Source: Amphiscolops sp. MND2022
Lineage: Eukaryota
DNA length: 64,000 bases
Direction of reading: 5' to 3'
NCBI GenBank assembly: GCA_964187785.1
Contig: OZ076413.1
Location: 47,556,001 to 47,620,000 of the forward strand
In this document: one piece after another, positions 1-14,568 of the stretch
Layout: every line of letters starts with the position of its first letter
Position numbering within the stretch: position 1 is the stretch's first letter
The notes under the pieces: generated by a model
Databases searched by the model: none
What the model was told of the DNA's origin: nothing
What the model saw: the letters and a program-made list of their open reading frames with translations, nothing else
Position numbers and translations under genes: made by a program

Positions 1-3000
1 TAAGCTCATATCTTTGGATTTAACCGTGTTTGACCTTGGTAATTTTCAAGCGACATTTTTGGAGTCTGAATTTGGTAGAAATGGTTGCGTCGTGGAAGAC
101 ATGGAAAATTCTAAATTGGAACAGTGTCGAAAGAAAATTTTTTGATTGAAACGGTGGAAGAACGGCTCTTCTCATAGGCGTTACCTCGTTTTTTTTACAG
201 CAGTGTCTACTTTCAACCGAGTTTTTGTACTTTTTTCGGAATCCATTTTGAATAACTGTTGATGATTGTGAGCTTGCCTTCGTTTCCGTGGTCAAAATTG
301 GCATACTCAATGAGAAATGATCAATAAATTTGTCGTAATTTAAGTGTGTAAAATAACTGACTCTATAATATAAAATTCGAAATCCTAAATATTACAAACA
401 TCAAACGAGGTGGGCCAACATGAGTAACATTTGGCCGGTCTTTGATCAGCATGCAACCACGGCATGTAACAATGGTAGCTAACCAGTGGTCAAATATTTA
501 ACAATTACATACAATCCAATATAATTCATCTTTCCCAATTCTTAGCATCGAGTTGATTTTTACATTCAGTAACTTTCTTATCCATCTATGTAAAAGTGTT
601 AAAAATCACGATGACGACTGTGGTTATTAGTCGTCACTTGTGTTCAAAGCATCGTTTCGTATATTCAGAAGTTATTATTTTTCTTTTGTAAAAGTATGGT
701 CACCTATACCAAACATTTGTACTGGTATGTAACAGGTGCGAAAGGATATTTACGTGCATATATATGTGATGTTGATTGATGACTACAGCAAGCAGTCGCA
801 CTTGACACCATTGCGCAATAACTTTGCACCTTGAACAGCGACCAATCACGATGCAGTAACCAGTCACGCGCAATTAGAATTGACTGTTCCAGAAAGTTTC
901 AAGTGAACATCAGTAAGATTTTTGTTGCCAACACGAACAGGCGGTTGAGTCGTACTATTGTAAACCTCATCTGGAACCGGCATTTCATCTACATGCTCAT
1001 TTCTTGGTTCAAATCTTCCTTCATAATTCAATCCTTAAAACCTAAACAAGTATCTTTATGGTGATCACCATGTCTCAAAGCTCAAGTAATAATCAATCTG
1101 ACCGATTTAAAATGGAAGAAAATAGCTATAACAATAGCAATATTATTCTACTTGAGCTCAATTCGAGAAATCAGAATATTGAAAATAACGGAAAACGTAA
1201 GTTAAATCATGAGAAAGATCATGAAAGAGGTCGAATCGTACAACGCTTCAACGACATTGAGTCGTCAAATTGAAGAACTAACTAGTTTAGTTCGAACACT
1301 CATTGAGACGAATTCATCTTGTAATATAGAAGAGGTTGACAGAAACGCCTAACGCCCTTGGACACCTCTTCATTCTGACGGATGTATATTAGTTTATAGG
1401 AGGGAAAACTAGCCAGAATATAGTTTCTACGTAAAAGTGTAGGTCAAGGAACTTTGCGTTTTTTTAGACTCTGAGGATATTTATACACGCACAGACGCAG
1501 AGAGGGCACAAAACTTCCAAATACAAAAAATTGTACTTTACAATTGATACTTTATTCACTTTTAATCTCGTCTCGAAAAAAAGACAAGATAATACTCCTT
1601 TACAAGAGTGACATAAAGACTCTTCGCATTTTTTACTTCTGCTCATACCACAGAAAACATCCAATAACTTTTGAACTAAATGCAGAAATCAGTCGATATG
1701 TGGCAGACACAAAAAAAAGTCAAGTTAGAACGTATTTCAATTATTCTCGGAACGGTAAAAAAATCACAGGTTGTTGCAGAAAATAGACAACATTTTGAAC
1801 AGTAAAAATTGACTGTAGAGGCCATCGTAGAAGTAACTTGAAACTCCAAAACCTACTTTCACTAACTGGAAACATCCATAACCCCATGTTTTGAAGTAAT
1901 CGTTTTCGGGAATATTAATTGAAGAAAACTTATTAGATGGCTTTTCAGGTTCACAAAACGCTCTTTTCAAAAGTGAAATATTTTCGAAAAGAAAATGGCA
2001 AACTGTTTCTTGTGTACACTTCCTCCGTGTACAACCCCTTCGTAACCATGCTTTTGGCGCAAAACTACCACTGAAAGGACCATTCGAATTCCGACAGAAA
2101 TCGACACAAATTAATTCCAGAGACCATTAAATTTTTGTAACAATAAATGGAAATAATTTATCTGTTTGTTGTGTTATAATATAACTGAAATGTTTCTCGC
2201 CAGATGCTAATTTGTGGTATACTAAACAGTTGCAAAACAAAGTCTTTTATGTTGTTTGATAGTTTATGACGGTACTACGAAGACTGTTCTTGAAATGATG
2301 GAGAAGAAGACTGAGGGCAATTGTCTTTAAAAAGCGATGCGATGCTCTACAAAATATGTACGACAAACATAAAATCTTTACTGCTCATGAAATATGTATC
2401 TTTGAGCTTGTTCGGGCAGCGTAGACGTGAGTCGCTGTTCACTTTTCTATTCGGTAATTACATTCTCGCAGAGAAAAGAAAGATCTTCCAGTAGTAGCTC
2501 AATGTCAAATTATCGGCTAATGATTTTCGTAGGAAAACACAATAGTTTGAACATATACTTACCTCTATTCTAATCTGATCACCAGTAACTTGATAATTTT
2601 GTCAGAATTGTCGGGTGAAAGTATTGTAACAAACGTTGTTGTCAAATAAATGTGAAATTTTCCATGTTTCTTTTAACCTTTTTGATTTTCCATGTTGTAC
2701 AACACTTATCTTATTAATCAAATTAGGCTTCACATTGGTTCTCAGGGCAAAAACGTGAAGAATAATGATCTGAAAAGTTCTTTTTCCTTTTGAGCTGTTT
2801 CAAGCTTTCACCATCCAGTAAATTCCAAGAAATCTGTCAGTCCGCTGGTTTTGAAAGCAGGAAGATAGAAAAGCCACAAATAAGTCTACGTGTCATACGA
2901 AAGCGCCGACTAAAATAAATATATCACCAGAGATTGTCCTTAAATGGTGGCAATAGGTCACGCTATTGGTCATTGTTTCGCCAAATTTCTCACTGAACGA

Positions 3001-3075
3001 GCAATATGCAGCCTAACATTCAGGGACTGAACTCGTCTTTTAATGTCTCTCTGAACGCACTCTGCCATACCCATT

Positions 3076-3262
3076 ACAGCAACCGCTGATGTTGCGACCT
3101 GTCAACACTTCCACCATCACGTTTGCCGAAGAGAGTGAGAAGTTTGAAATTTTCGAAGGTCTGTTCCTCACCATGATCAATATCAGGTTGCAATGAAAAT
3201 TCAACACTTTTACTCAATGCTGCAAAAAAGCACATTGCAGACTTACGACAACATCTATGCTG
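3076..3262 (+). pseudogene. Decayed gag fragment related to the Gag at 50646-52364
   Basis: Translates to QQPLMLRPVNTSTITFAEESEKFEIFEGLFLTMI / MKIQHFYSMLQKSTLQTYDNI. This aligns by eye with QQPTIRQVNSNTMTFDGKSKKFGLFVYLFHTMI / MKINHFHSLLSKNALQTFRNI. Confidence 0.75.
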
Positions 3263-3976
3263 TTCATTTGCAGCAATGGCGGTAAATAAACCTAATTCGA
3301 ATTCATCAACTCAGTCGAAAGGTTTACAGTTTTCAGTGGTTTTCTGTTTAAATATTTCTTTAATTATGAGGCAAGCCCCAAATGTGGGTGGAAGTGTTTC
3401 TTGCAAGAATCTTGAATAGTTTTCTGTTTATAATTAAATGTTGCATGGCCTGTTTGTTCTGAAGAGGTAAATATTGAAAAACTTCACCACTCCTTGTTCT
3501 AAAGATTTTTCAAAAGACAACTGCTCCGCCAAAAGTGCATCATTTTATGAACTAGCTAAATTGAAAAACCCAACTTACATGCAAAATTTTAATCGGTTTC
3601 CCTTCAAATTTCAACTATAAGTCAAAAGCAGAAGCGAGCACGTTTTGTTGTCCATTTCCAGCCGCATAAGAAATTGGATTTCATACGGAACTTTATCGCA
3701 CAACCAAAGGCGATTTCATTTGACGAATAAAAACTGAAGGCTATTGAAAGAGTGTTTTACAATAGCTTCGCCCGAGGTGAAATCCATAAACCTGTTCCAG
3801 AGAATTAACCTTCGCTGAAATTCAATTTAAATTTGGACCTTGAATACTGTCTAGCGGCAGGTGGTGGAAGCACATTCAACAAGAATCTGAAAATGGTTAA
3901 TTTTCATGCACCATTTATCAACGTACCCCATATCAATGTTTTTTCACTCGTCACCATCTTGAAATCGAAAAACTAT

Positions 3977-5127
3977 TGTTGGCGCCTCAAAATTTGTTCC
4001 GAAAAATTGAAGGAAAAATAAGTCGAGTTAGTCAATTTCAAAATGCTGTAAAAATGTGTAGAATTGAATTTGAGTGCTAGTTTTTGCCCAATCAACATTC
4101 TTTGACCCAAATGAGAGATTTACACTATAAAATCGAAAATCGAAGCCAAAAAATTTTCAATTCCCCTCTTACGTCCCATTTTGGATTCCTTTTTCAAAGT
4201 CAGTGTATATTTGGACTTTATTCTTTGTTTATCGTATTTAACTTGATATGAACTCCATATTTGGGCTACGTGGGTGTCTCTAGGACCCATGAGGACTATT
4301 TGTCAACTTCACTGAGTATTTCACAGCAAATAACATGTGTAAATGTATGCCTTAATCTTGCTTAAATGTATGCCTTTTTTATATACTTTTACATATTTTG
4401 GTGTATACCTCTAGCCCAGTTAAATAGTTTGTTTCTGCTTATTCTACATATCAAGGCGCTTGTATGGTGATGGTAAATTTAACCACAAACATCCGCGATT
4501 TGGTATTTCCTGTATGATAAAGTAACCAGAGTTAACTCCTACTAAGATACACAGCAACCAAGTAGAGATTCAAATCAGTCGACTTTGCTACTCAAGTATT
4601 GAAGAAAGTGAAAGCTTGGAAGTTTCTCGTACAATTAATTCAGTTAACTCTGGCTATTGAAGAGCTTTTTTGAGTTGAACAAGTGATATTATATTGTTTC
4701 GAAATTCCAACGTCAATTTATTATATTGCATATGGTTGCGATATTTTCGTTTGAGAAAGTTATCGTGGACACAAGGATTGTGATCGATCAATTGGTTTAG
4801 CAGATCAACAGAAGCTACTCTTCAGCAGGACAGCTAAGTTGATTCCTATAGTCACAGTTTAAAGCTACTTTATGTTTGCGAAACAGAATAAGTGCAAAGT
4901 CAAAGATGCAGTAATTGCTTCACCGACTTCCGAAACTTATTCAAAGTAACGCAAGCTAAAATTTTCATTGAAATTAGTTGCGAATCACCTATTGAAGGTT
5001 CGTGATTAGTGGTTTTTGCAAGTGCCTTTCCTGGACAAATCAGATATAGAAATTGTCCGCAAGTTGTCAACCAGGCCGTCGTAAAGCTTGGTAAGTGTTT
5101 CTGTTAGTTTACCTTGCAGACGCAAAA
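3977..5127 (+). repeat. 5' LTR of BEL/Pao element
   Basis: Direct repeat of 11732-12882; TGTTGGCG...CGCAAAA. Confidence 0.95.
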
Positions 5128-5130
5128 TTT

Positions 5131-5148
5131 TGGTGCAGCGACCCGGGA
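5131..5148 (+). promoter_or_regulatory. Primer-binding site of BEL element
   Basis: TGGTGCAGCGACCCGGGA begins 3 nt after the LTR end; TGG is complementary to tRNA CCA. Loosely His-tRNA-like; primer identity uncertain. Confidence 0.75.
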
Positions 5149-5224
5149 AGGCACTCTGCAATTTTAACCTGTTTGAGCGTTGTAATTATTGCCTATCTGA
5201 CCGCTGTGAAAAAAGCAAAAGACA

Positions 5225-8200
5225 ATGGCTGAAGGTGGGCTTTATGATCCTCAATTCATGACCGTGTCAAAAAATGGAATTGAAAGAAAAGTCCCATTTT
5301 CGGATTCGTTAAAAAACTCATCCACGTTGAGCGACTGGATCAATCATGAAGAACGGGTAGTTGACATTGTCTCGACCAATCGAAATATGGAACATGACTT
5401 GCGAAATATAAAGTCAAACAATCCAGTTCTTTGGATCGATAAGGGCCATTTTTGTTTGAAGTTTTGGGAGTCTAAGGATGAATTGAAGAAAGAATTCGAA
5501 CTGTATCTTTCAATGTTGAAAGAAAAGAACCAAAGTAATCGCAGAACGGCTCTTAGAAAACTAAATTTGGAATTCGAAGAACGATTCACAGAATGGTGTA
5601 AAGACCTCCGAAATCTTGGATTTATCGGTAGCCTTCCCCAGAAGTTAAAAGATGAAAGAGATTTGCAGAAGTTTTGTAGGTCCGTGGATCAATTTTTCGA
5701 AACGACACGAAACTTGTCCAGTGAACTAGATACGATTAACAACTTGATGAAACAAGAAGAAAGGTCAAGTTAAGTGAAGTCATCTATACAAAAACTTCAA
5801 GAATTCAAAACTAAGCTGGACAAGGTTTACGAAAGTGTGGGTAGCCAGCTAAAAACAGAATCAATTGGAGAGTTGTCAATGTTTGAAAGGAATGTTAGAG
5901 ATTTCAGTGTGAAAATACAACAAGCGACGACAGATTCATTGAACTGTGTTGATCGTTTGAATGAAGTAAAAGATCATTGGAACCAACCAATAACGTCAGA
6001 TGGGTTGGGGGAAAATACCTCCATGAAAGACATTCCAGTGACATCGACTGGCGATGAAGGTAGTCAAACTCGGAATTTGCGCCAAAGTGCAGACGAAACA
6101 CTGGAAAAGAGTCTAAAATTGATGAGAGATGTTAACCAATCCACAGTGTTCGATAAGAGTGAGGACCGTACGGAAGTTGCCTCTGGGCAAACAGGATCAG
6201 CGACTTTGAGTACAGTGAAGCGACGTTCATTAGTGGACTTCTCACCTTCAAGAACTTTGCCGAAAAGTGTTACCTGCAAACCGTTGGGCTCAAGAGTGGG
6301 TTCGAGTTGTCAAGGGTTAGTGAACTACGGCGCTTAGAGATGCATGCTAAAGTACTAGAACAAAAGTCTCAGTTAGAAATTGAGAAAAGGCAGCGAGAAC
6401 TGAAATTGGAGAAAACGAAAAAGCAAATGGAAATGGAAATAGAGATGCATCAGAAGCTCCTAGATCTACAAGCCGAAGCTGAAATTGCTGAAATGGAAAG
6501 CAGAAAAGCGCTTGAGCAGCACGAAATGAGACTGCAAATAGAAGAAGCTGAAGGGTCAGTTCGTGCTGTGTCGGTTTGTCCTAGCTTGATGTCTCTCACA
6601 CTTGAAGAAGATAAAAACAGTGACATCAGAAGCTGGTTAGAACGTAGTGATGAATATCTCGAAAAGGGCTATTCACAACCGAAGGAATCTAGTAGAGAGG
6701 TAGAAATCAAAAGTGCATCAAGAAGACCTCATAGCAGAGGTACCAGTAAGTCACCTCCGAGAAAAAACGCAGGAATTACTTTTCCGAAAACAAATCCTTC
6801 ACTTCAGCAACGCAATGACGAACCGAAGCCTAAACATGAATTCGCGAATCCCACTTTCAAAGTAGAAAATCCTTTTCCTTCCTTTACCACAGCAGTACCT
6901 TTACAGCAATCTGTACATTTTGTTCGAACAAGTTTACCTAAGTTAAAATTATCTGAATTTCACGGAGATCCATTGGAATGGCCGGAATGGTCCAGCTTGT
7001 TTACTGCAACCATCCATAACGCACCAATCGATGACAATGCAAAAATGAGTCATTTGAAAACGCTCGTTAAAGGTAAAGCCAAGGCGGCAATTGCTGGTCT
7101 TGGGTACTCAGGAATCATGTATAGTGCTGCATGGAATGCTTTGGTTACCAATTTCGGACGTCTGCAAACAATTGTCAATGCGCAGATGAAGCAAATCCAT
7201 CTGAGTCCGTTTATCAAGTCGCATGACTCAGCAGCTATTATAAAGTATGCTCAGTTGATCACTACTTGTGTCAATGTATTGAAACAATTTGGTTTCACTG
7301 GAGATTTGTACTCAGAATCAGTCCTCAATTCAGCTTTGAGAAAATTACCTCCTGAATTGAAAACAAAATGGTTTTCCCTTGCAAAAAGCAAAAGCTACTA
7401 TAATGCAGATCTTTGAAAATTTAGTGAGTGGCTAAATGAAGTTGCCTATGTGCATGATGAAATGACGGTGCAATTCAAAACACCAGTTGAGGAAAAAGCC
7501 ACTGGATCAACCAAAAAGGTTAAGACTTCAACATTTGCTGCCAGTAACCAAGGTAAACCAACATCAACTTCTACTAAGCAATGCCCATTAAAAGATGGCG
7601 AACATAAAATTTGGATGTGCAACAAATTCAAACAGCAAGCTGTCAACGAAAGATATGAAACACTGAAAAAACTGAAACTTTGTTTCTGTTGTCTTAATTC
7701 TCACCTGATTAAAGACTGCAAATCAGAAGGTGTCTGCGGTGTGAATGGTTGCACTAAGAAACACAATAGGCTTCTACACTCTGATGCGCAGAAAATAGAT
7801 AAGGTCACCAATGACAAGAAAACAGAAGACTCGGCGCCTCAAAGCAGGGCCGACAGCTCTTCTATGATGTCGACAGGCAACAACGGTTTCTTACAGCTGA
7901 TTCCTATTTCGATAGGTAATGAAAAACGATGCGTTGAAACCATTGCGCTCTGTGATAACGGATCCACTGTTTCGTTTATGGATCAAAGTTTGGTTGATCT
8001 TCTCAGGTTGAAAGGTAAAGAGTCCGTAATGTCCGTTGCTGGCATTCATGGTTTGTCTGATTTGAAAACGCAAATAGTAACAGCCAAAGTGGGTTCCAGC
8101 GAAGCAGAAACGGCTGGAGAGACTGTAACGTTCTGCAGTCATCCTAACCTAAATGTTGGTGAAAAAGATTATGACTTCAGAAAACTAAAAGAAGAGTACC

Positions 8201-11200
8201 GATATTTATCTGATCTGCCTAATATTAAAGTCTCAATGACTGATGTTAAAGTGATTTTCGGACAAGATGCTTATCATTTGATCAGGCCTCTGGAACACAA
8301 ATCTGGCGAAAGAAATCAACCATGGGCAGTTAAAACAGCACTGGGTTGGACCATTAGCGGAGCCTTGCCAAAAAAGGAAACAAGTAGTTTATCGGTTTCT
8401 TGCAACCTTTCAGTTGCACCCAACCCACTGGCAAATCAGATGAAAAATGGTGGGACATGGAGACATACGCGTCAGTGTGTGATGTCTCTGGTCGATCCAA
8501 AGAAGAAAAGAGAGCACTGTCAATTTTAGAAAGGTCAACAAAGCATAACGGCGAACGTTATGAAGTTGGTTTAATGTGGGCTGATGACAATCCCGATCTG
8601 CCTAACAATTATTACTCAGCATATCAGCAGTTCTTGTCGATGGAAAAAAGGTAGGAGAAAGACCTTGAATTGAAAGAAGTTTACAAAGCTACCATTGAGA
8701 AGGACTTGGAAAACCGTTTTGTTCGAAAACTGGATCAGGAAGAAGTTTCCAGTACAGAGAATGATATGCAATGGTACTTACCTCATCACCCTGTGAAACA
8801 TCCACATAAGCCAGGCAAGGTCAGAAGGGTTTGTATTGCGGCTTCAAAGTTTAGAGGCGTTTCGCTAAATGACAAACTTCTCAGTGGACCTGATTTTTGG
8901 CGCAACTTAGTGGGAATTGTTTTCAGGTTCAGAGAGCACCTGATAGCAATCACTGCCGATTTATAGTCAATGTTTTTACAAGTAGCAGTTCCGAAAGAAG
9001 AATGTATAGATCTACGTTTTCTCTGGAGACATAAACCAGAAGATAACATTGGAATTTTCGAGTATAATAGGCATGTGTTCGATGCAAAGAGTTCCCCAAC
9101 GTGTGCCAATTATGGTTTCCAACAAGGCGGTAGGGATAACAAAAGGGAGTTTCCTGCAGCAGCCGCTACAATAGACAGAAACTTCTATATGGACGACCTT
9201 GTCAAGAGTGTTGATACACCACAAGAGGCCATTGAATGTTATCAACAGTTAGTGGAAACACTGAAGCGCAGTGGCTTTACTTTAAAGAAATGGGCGAGCA
9301 ATTGCCCTGAAGTGCTTGAAGTTATCCCCTCGGAAGACCATCTGGAATCTAATGAATTTACATTGAATGCGGATTCATCGCCCATCCTAGGTCTCGAACG
9401 GACCATAGATTCGGATAGTCTTCAAGTCTGCCGAGGAACAAACAAAGAATGTCCACAAGAAGCAACGCAACGAGTGATACTATCCTTTGTTTCATCTGTA
9501 TTTGATCCCATGGGAATCTTCGCACCGTTTACCATGCGAATGAGAATGCTTTTGAAGAGTATTTGGATCCGTTTTGGTCATTCGTGGGACGAAAATATCA
9601 GTGAAGAAGATAAGAAAATATTCTTCGAGTGGGTACAAGAAGTGTAGACAATTAAGCAGACATCTCTTTCCCGGAAGTATTTTTCCAATATTCCCAAGAA
9701 CGTGCAGTTACATTTTTTCAGTGATGCCTCTTTGGAAGCAATGTGCATTGTTGCATATTTTCGAGGAGAACTCGAAGATGGCATCGAAGTGTCCTTTGTG
9801 TTGGGCAAATGCAGAATAGCTCCTATCAAACAGTTGTCTATTCCTCGTCTAGAGCTACAAGCAGCCTTGTATTCTGTGAGGTTGAGAAAGTTGATCATTC
9901 AAGAACACGATTTACCTTTTAATGGTGTAACTCATTGGACAGATTCCGTTACTGTATTGCAATTGTTAAACTCAGCGGACAAAAAGCAGAATGTCTTTGT
10001 TGCCAATAGAGCAGCTGAAATTCTGGAATACTCCACCATTGACGAATGGAAACATATCCGAGGCGAGTTGAATCCATCTGACATTGGAACTCGTGGGATA
10101 ACTATAGAAAAGTTATCTGAAAGCGAATGGTTAACCGGACCTTCTTGGTTGAAAGACCAGCGTGAGGATTGGCCGTTATCTTTGCATCCAATTCACGTGA
10201 TTTCTGATGATCATGCTGAAGTTGCAGTAATTGCGAACACAAGTATGACTCAGGAGCCACCTGTTGATTGGAAAAAATTTAGTAGTTTCTCGAAATGCGT
10301 CCGTGTTATCGCGTTTTGTTTGCAGTTGATGTATAAAAGTCAATCTAAAGTTTTACTTGTTGAAGAATTGAATCGAGCAGAAGAAAGAGTTTTGAAAATG
10401 ATTCAAAAAGAATCTTTCCCGGACCTTTTTGATGAGAAGGAAAGTTTCGGTAAAACTAAAAAAGGCGGAAATCTATCAAAATTTGCACCCTTCTTTGATG
10501 AAAAAGGAGTTATCAGAATTAGGGGTCGCATCAAACATGCCAACTTGAGCTTCGAACAGCGTCACCCAGTATTGTTATCTACTAAACACGACATGGTAAT
10601 GACCATGTTGCGAGATCTACACTTCGAACACAATCATGAAGGTGTAGAGTATGTGAGAAGTGTTATTCAACAAAAATTTTGGATAATCGGGTTACGAAAT
10701 GCTTTGAGAAGTGTTAAAACTAGTTGTGTGTTCTGTCGCAAATTACGTGCACAGAATAAAACCCCGTTCATGGCCGACTTACCCCCAGAGAGACTTGATT
10801 ATCAGTCATATCCGTTTACCAACGTTGGGGTGGATTATTTCGGTCCGTTTGAGGTGAAATTATTAAGAAGATCTATGAAACGTTGGTGCTGCTTATTTAC
10901 ATGTTCAACTACCAGAGTAGTACATATCGAAGTGGTTCGAAGTCTTGACACAGATTCTTGCTTGGTAGCTATCAATAGATTTATTGCTAGACGCGGCAAG
11001 CCGACTACTATCATCAGCGATAATGGTACTAACTTCGTTGGATCAGCAAGGAGGAGTACATCAACTCATGGAATCAAGATCAAATAACGTCAGAGCTTGC
11101 TCAGAAGCACATTGTATGGAAGTTTAACCCTCCTGGTGCACCCCATTTTGGTGGTGTATGGGAGAGATTAGTTAGAAGTTGCAAAAAGGCAATGGTGGCT

Positions 11201-11716
11201 TTATTGGGTAATCGATCTCTTACAGATGAAGTTTTGTTGACAACTATGTGCTTAGTGGAACAAACATTAAATGCGCGTCCTATTACTCCATCAAGCGATG
11301 ATCCTGAAGATCTCGAAGCACTTACACCGAACCATTTTATTATTGGTCGAGCGAATGTTTGCATTCCCTTTATTCCAAACGCAGAGGTTTATGCAAACCA
11401 TAGAAAGATGTTCAGATCAAGCCAAGCCTATGCAGACATGATTTGGAACAGATGGGTGAAAGAATACCTTCCTCAGAACAATGTAAGAGCACAATGGAAC
11501 AAGTCAGAGTCAAATTTTCAGGTTGGAGATCTTGTTTGGCTGATAGAAGACAATGTTAGAAGGTCTCACTACAAGATGGCGCGAGTCATGGAAGTATTCC
11601 CTGGAAAAGATGGTCTTGTGAGATCAGCACTAATCAAAACTATCGATGGAACCCTGAAACGACCACGACCTGTGGTTAAACTGGCGCCACTTTTTGAAAA
11701 TGTGTTTTTGAGCTGA
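5225..11716 (+). pseudogene. BEL/Pao gag-pol polyprotein broken by stops and frameshifts
   Basis: DUF1759-type gag (LPKLKLSEFHGDPLEWPEW). Triple Cys/His knuckle (CPLKDGEHKIWMC, CFCCLNSHLIKDC, CGVNGCTKKHNRLLH). Protease LCDNGS, RT WYLPHHPV...FYMDD, RNase H FSDAS...WTDS, integrase H/C zinc motif, GVDYFGP, SDNGTNF, GGVWERLV. Stops at ~5771, 7414, 8652, 8964, 9645; frameshifts near 6310-6337, 8445, 11050. Confidence 0.93.
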
Positions 11717-11730
11717 AAACGGGGCCGGCA
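11715..11730 (+). promoter_or_regulatory. Polypurine-tract region of BEL element
   Basis: GAAAACGGGGCCGGCA immediately before the 3' LTR. Confidence 0.65.
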
Positions 11731-11731
11731 T

Positions 11732-12882
11732 TGTTGGCGCCTCAAAATTTGTTCCGAAAAATTGAAAGAAAAATAAGTCGAGTTAGCCAATTTCAAAAAG
11801 CTGTAAAAATGTGTAGAATTGAATTTGAGTGCTAGTTTTCTCCCAATCGACATATTTTGACCCAAATGAGAGATTTAAACTATAAAATCGAAAACCGAAG
11901 CCAAAAAACTTTCAATTCCCCTCTTACGTCCCATTTTGGATTCCTTTTTCAAAGTCAGTGTATATTTGGACTTTATTCTTTGTTTATCGTATTTAACTTG
12001 ATATGAACTCCATATTTGGGCTACATGGGTGTCTCTAGGACCCATGAGGACTATTTGTCAACTTCACTGAGTATTTCACAGCAAATAACATGTGTAAATG
12101 TATGCCTTAATCTTGCTTAAATGTATGCCTTTTATATACACTTTTACATATTTTGGTGTATACCTCTAGCCCAGTTAAATAGTTTGTTTCTGCTTATTCT
12201 ATATATCAAGGCGCTTGTATGGTGATGGTAAATTTAACCACAAAGATCCGCCATTTGGTATTTCCTGTATGATAAAGTAACCAGAGTTAACTCCTACTAA
12301 GACACACAGCAACCAAGTAGAGATTCAAATCAGTCGACTTTGCTACTCAAGTATTGAAGAAAGTGAAAGCTTGGAAGTTTCTCGTACAATTAATTCAGTT
12401 AACTCTGGCTATTGAAGAGCTTTTTTGAGTTGAACAAGTGATATTATATTGTTTCGAAATTCCAACGTCAATTTATTATATTGCATATGGTTGCGATATT
12501 TTCGTTTGAGAAAGTTATCGTGGACACAAGGATTGTGATCGATCAATTGGTTTAGCAGATCAACAGAAGCTACTCTTCAGCAGGACAGCTAAGTTGATTC
12601 CTATAGTCACAGTTTAAAGCTACTTTATGTTTGCGAAACAGAATAAGTGCAAAGTCAAAGATGCAGTAATTGCTTCACCGACTTCCGAAACTTATTCAAA
12701 GTAACGCAAGCTAAAATTTTCATTGAAATTAGTTGCGAATCACCTATTGAAGGTTCGTGATTAGTGGTTTTTGCAAGTGCCTTTCCTGGACAAATCAGAT
12801 ATAGAAATTGTCCGCAAGTTGTCAACCAGGCCGTCGTAAAGCTTGGTAAGTGTTTCTGTTAGTTTACCTTGCAGACGCAAAA
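11732..12882 (+). repeat. 3' LTR of BEL/Pao element
   Basis: Direct repeat of 3977-5127, followed by TSD ACTAT. Confidence 0.95.
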
Positions 12883-14568
12883 ACTATAAATAAATTTCGA
12901 AAAATTATTCAGATTTTTTCAAACTTGCCAAAAGTTTCAAACTGATCCCAAATGTGTTTCAACGTTTTTCTGCAGACCATTTAAATGATTTTTTTCTCTA
13001 TCACAAACTTCATTAGTTTTTTGTTACAGTTGTCCTAGTTGAAATCTACCTGACGGTCTTTGTCAAATACTTTTACAACAAAAACTATTAAGAACTTGAG
13101 ATAAGTTTCTCAATTCAAGAATGGTAGCTTTAATTCGAACTACATATATTTTGAATACAATATTGATTTTTTGTTTCCTCAATAGTCGTTCATGTAAAAT
13201 CTATTTCACAAAGTTCAAAGGCTTGTCTGTCAAAATGTCTTTTCAATTTGGCTCCATGTCTGGGTTCGCCTTGAAGACCATCAGTTTTCAATGACGTAGA
13301 TCTGGGTGGCATAGTTATCAATCTTGGAGTTGCTCGGGTTGATGTACTTTGATTCCACTCCATTCAACTCCAGTATTAGCTGAAACACGAATCAAATCTG
13401 CTATTTATTTTTTTTGTTGAATTTTCTGTTTTAAAATTTTTAAAATTGAGTTTGTTGAGTAATTTTTTGGGCATGATTCTCGATATTAGGTTTCAATACT
13501 TCGTTAAATTGACGGATAAAAAACTGGATTAGGGCTGGTGTATGTTATATAACATCCTATTGGATACATTAATCAGAGGTTCGTTTTTACAATATTTCGT
13601 GAGTTGAGCCTTAAATTTATTTTGGAAATTTCAAGGATTCGTTTCCTTTCGGGTAAAAGCGGTGACAATTTTTAACGGCAAGCTCCACCATGATAGAATT
13701 CCTTGAAAAAACTTAATCCGATCGAAAAATTTGCGAAGGTCGCAAGAGGGTAGTCGTACACGTTTCCATGTTGGCCATTCAATCGTAGCTTGAGATTGCA
13801 TGCCAGACATGTTACATTTACTTCGGGAAACGACGGGGCGAAAAACTGTCTTTTTGTCTGGATTTACAATCCAGATAAAAAAGCGGACATGAAGACACAA
13901 AACCTATATTTATTGCGCATTCTTGTTTTCCGCAAGTCAGCTTGGGTGCTTTTGTATTCGTGCTTAAGTTACAACTTAATTAAATTGACTACATTATATA
14001 GGTGGAAGCGATTGGAATATTTTCCAATGAATTTTTCGGAACCGATCAAAAAAGCGTCATCAAATAACTTTACGAGCGGAGTGCTATTTATGGAACAGTT
14101 ATCAAAAGTTCCCCAAATTTTCCAATTTCTTCATAATATTCTTTTCTTGATATCATAGTCGCTTAAATTGATCTATTTTGGTATAGTTTACAGTGTAAGA
14201 TTGTGTAACAGTGTAACGGAACCATCATAAAATAATACCTAAAAATTACTGTTACTTGCGACGGGTTTCACTGCTTGGCAATTTGGACAAGTTATCCTAG
14301 ATTAGTCTCTTAGGCCTGGGCCACACTGGCGCTTTAACTTTTTGCGGTCTGGTGTAGCGTCCTGTCCTAGGTATATGTTCAAACTGATGACTTCCTGAAA
14401 AGGCATTTGGTTCTAACAGCTTTCGTCTATTCATGTGATTATTGAAATGGAAACTCCAAGTTTAGTGGAGCTGTGTAAAAAAAACTAATTTAGACAGAAA
14501 CAGTTGCCAGGAAAAACCCAATGTGACGTCATATTCCGCGGAACATAAATTTTTCCATTAAATGTGAT

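Larger units (their letters stand above)
3977..12882 (+). mobile_element. Full-length BEL/Pao LTR retrotransposon (coding region disrupted)
   Basis: 1151-bp direct LTRs (3977-5127, 11732-12882) starting TGTTGG. 5-bp TSD ACTAT at 3972-3976 and 12883-12887. PBS and PPT present. Domain order gag-PR-RT-RH-IN with BEL-type motifs. Confidence 0.97.
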
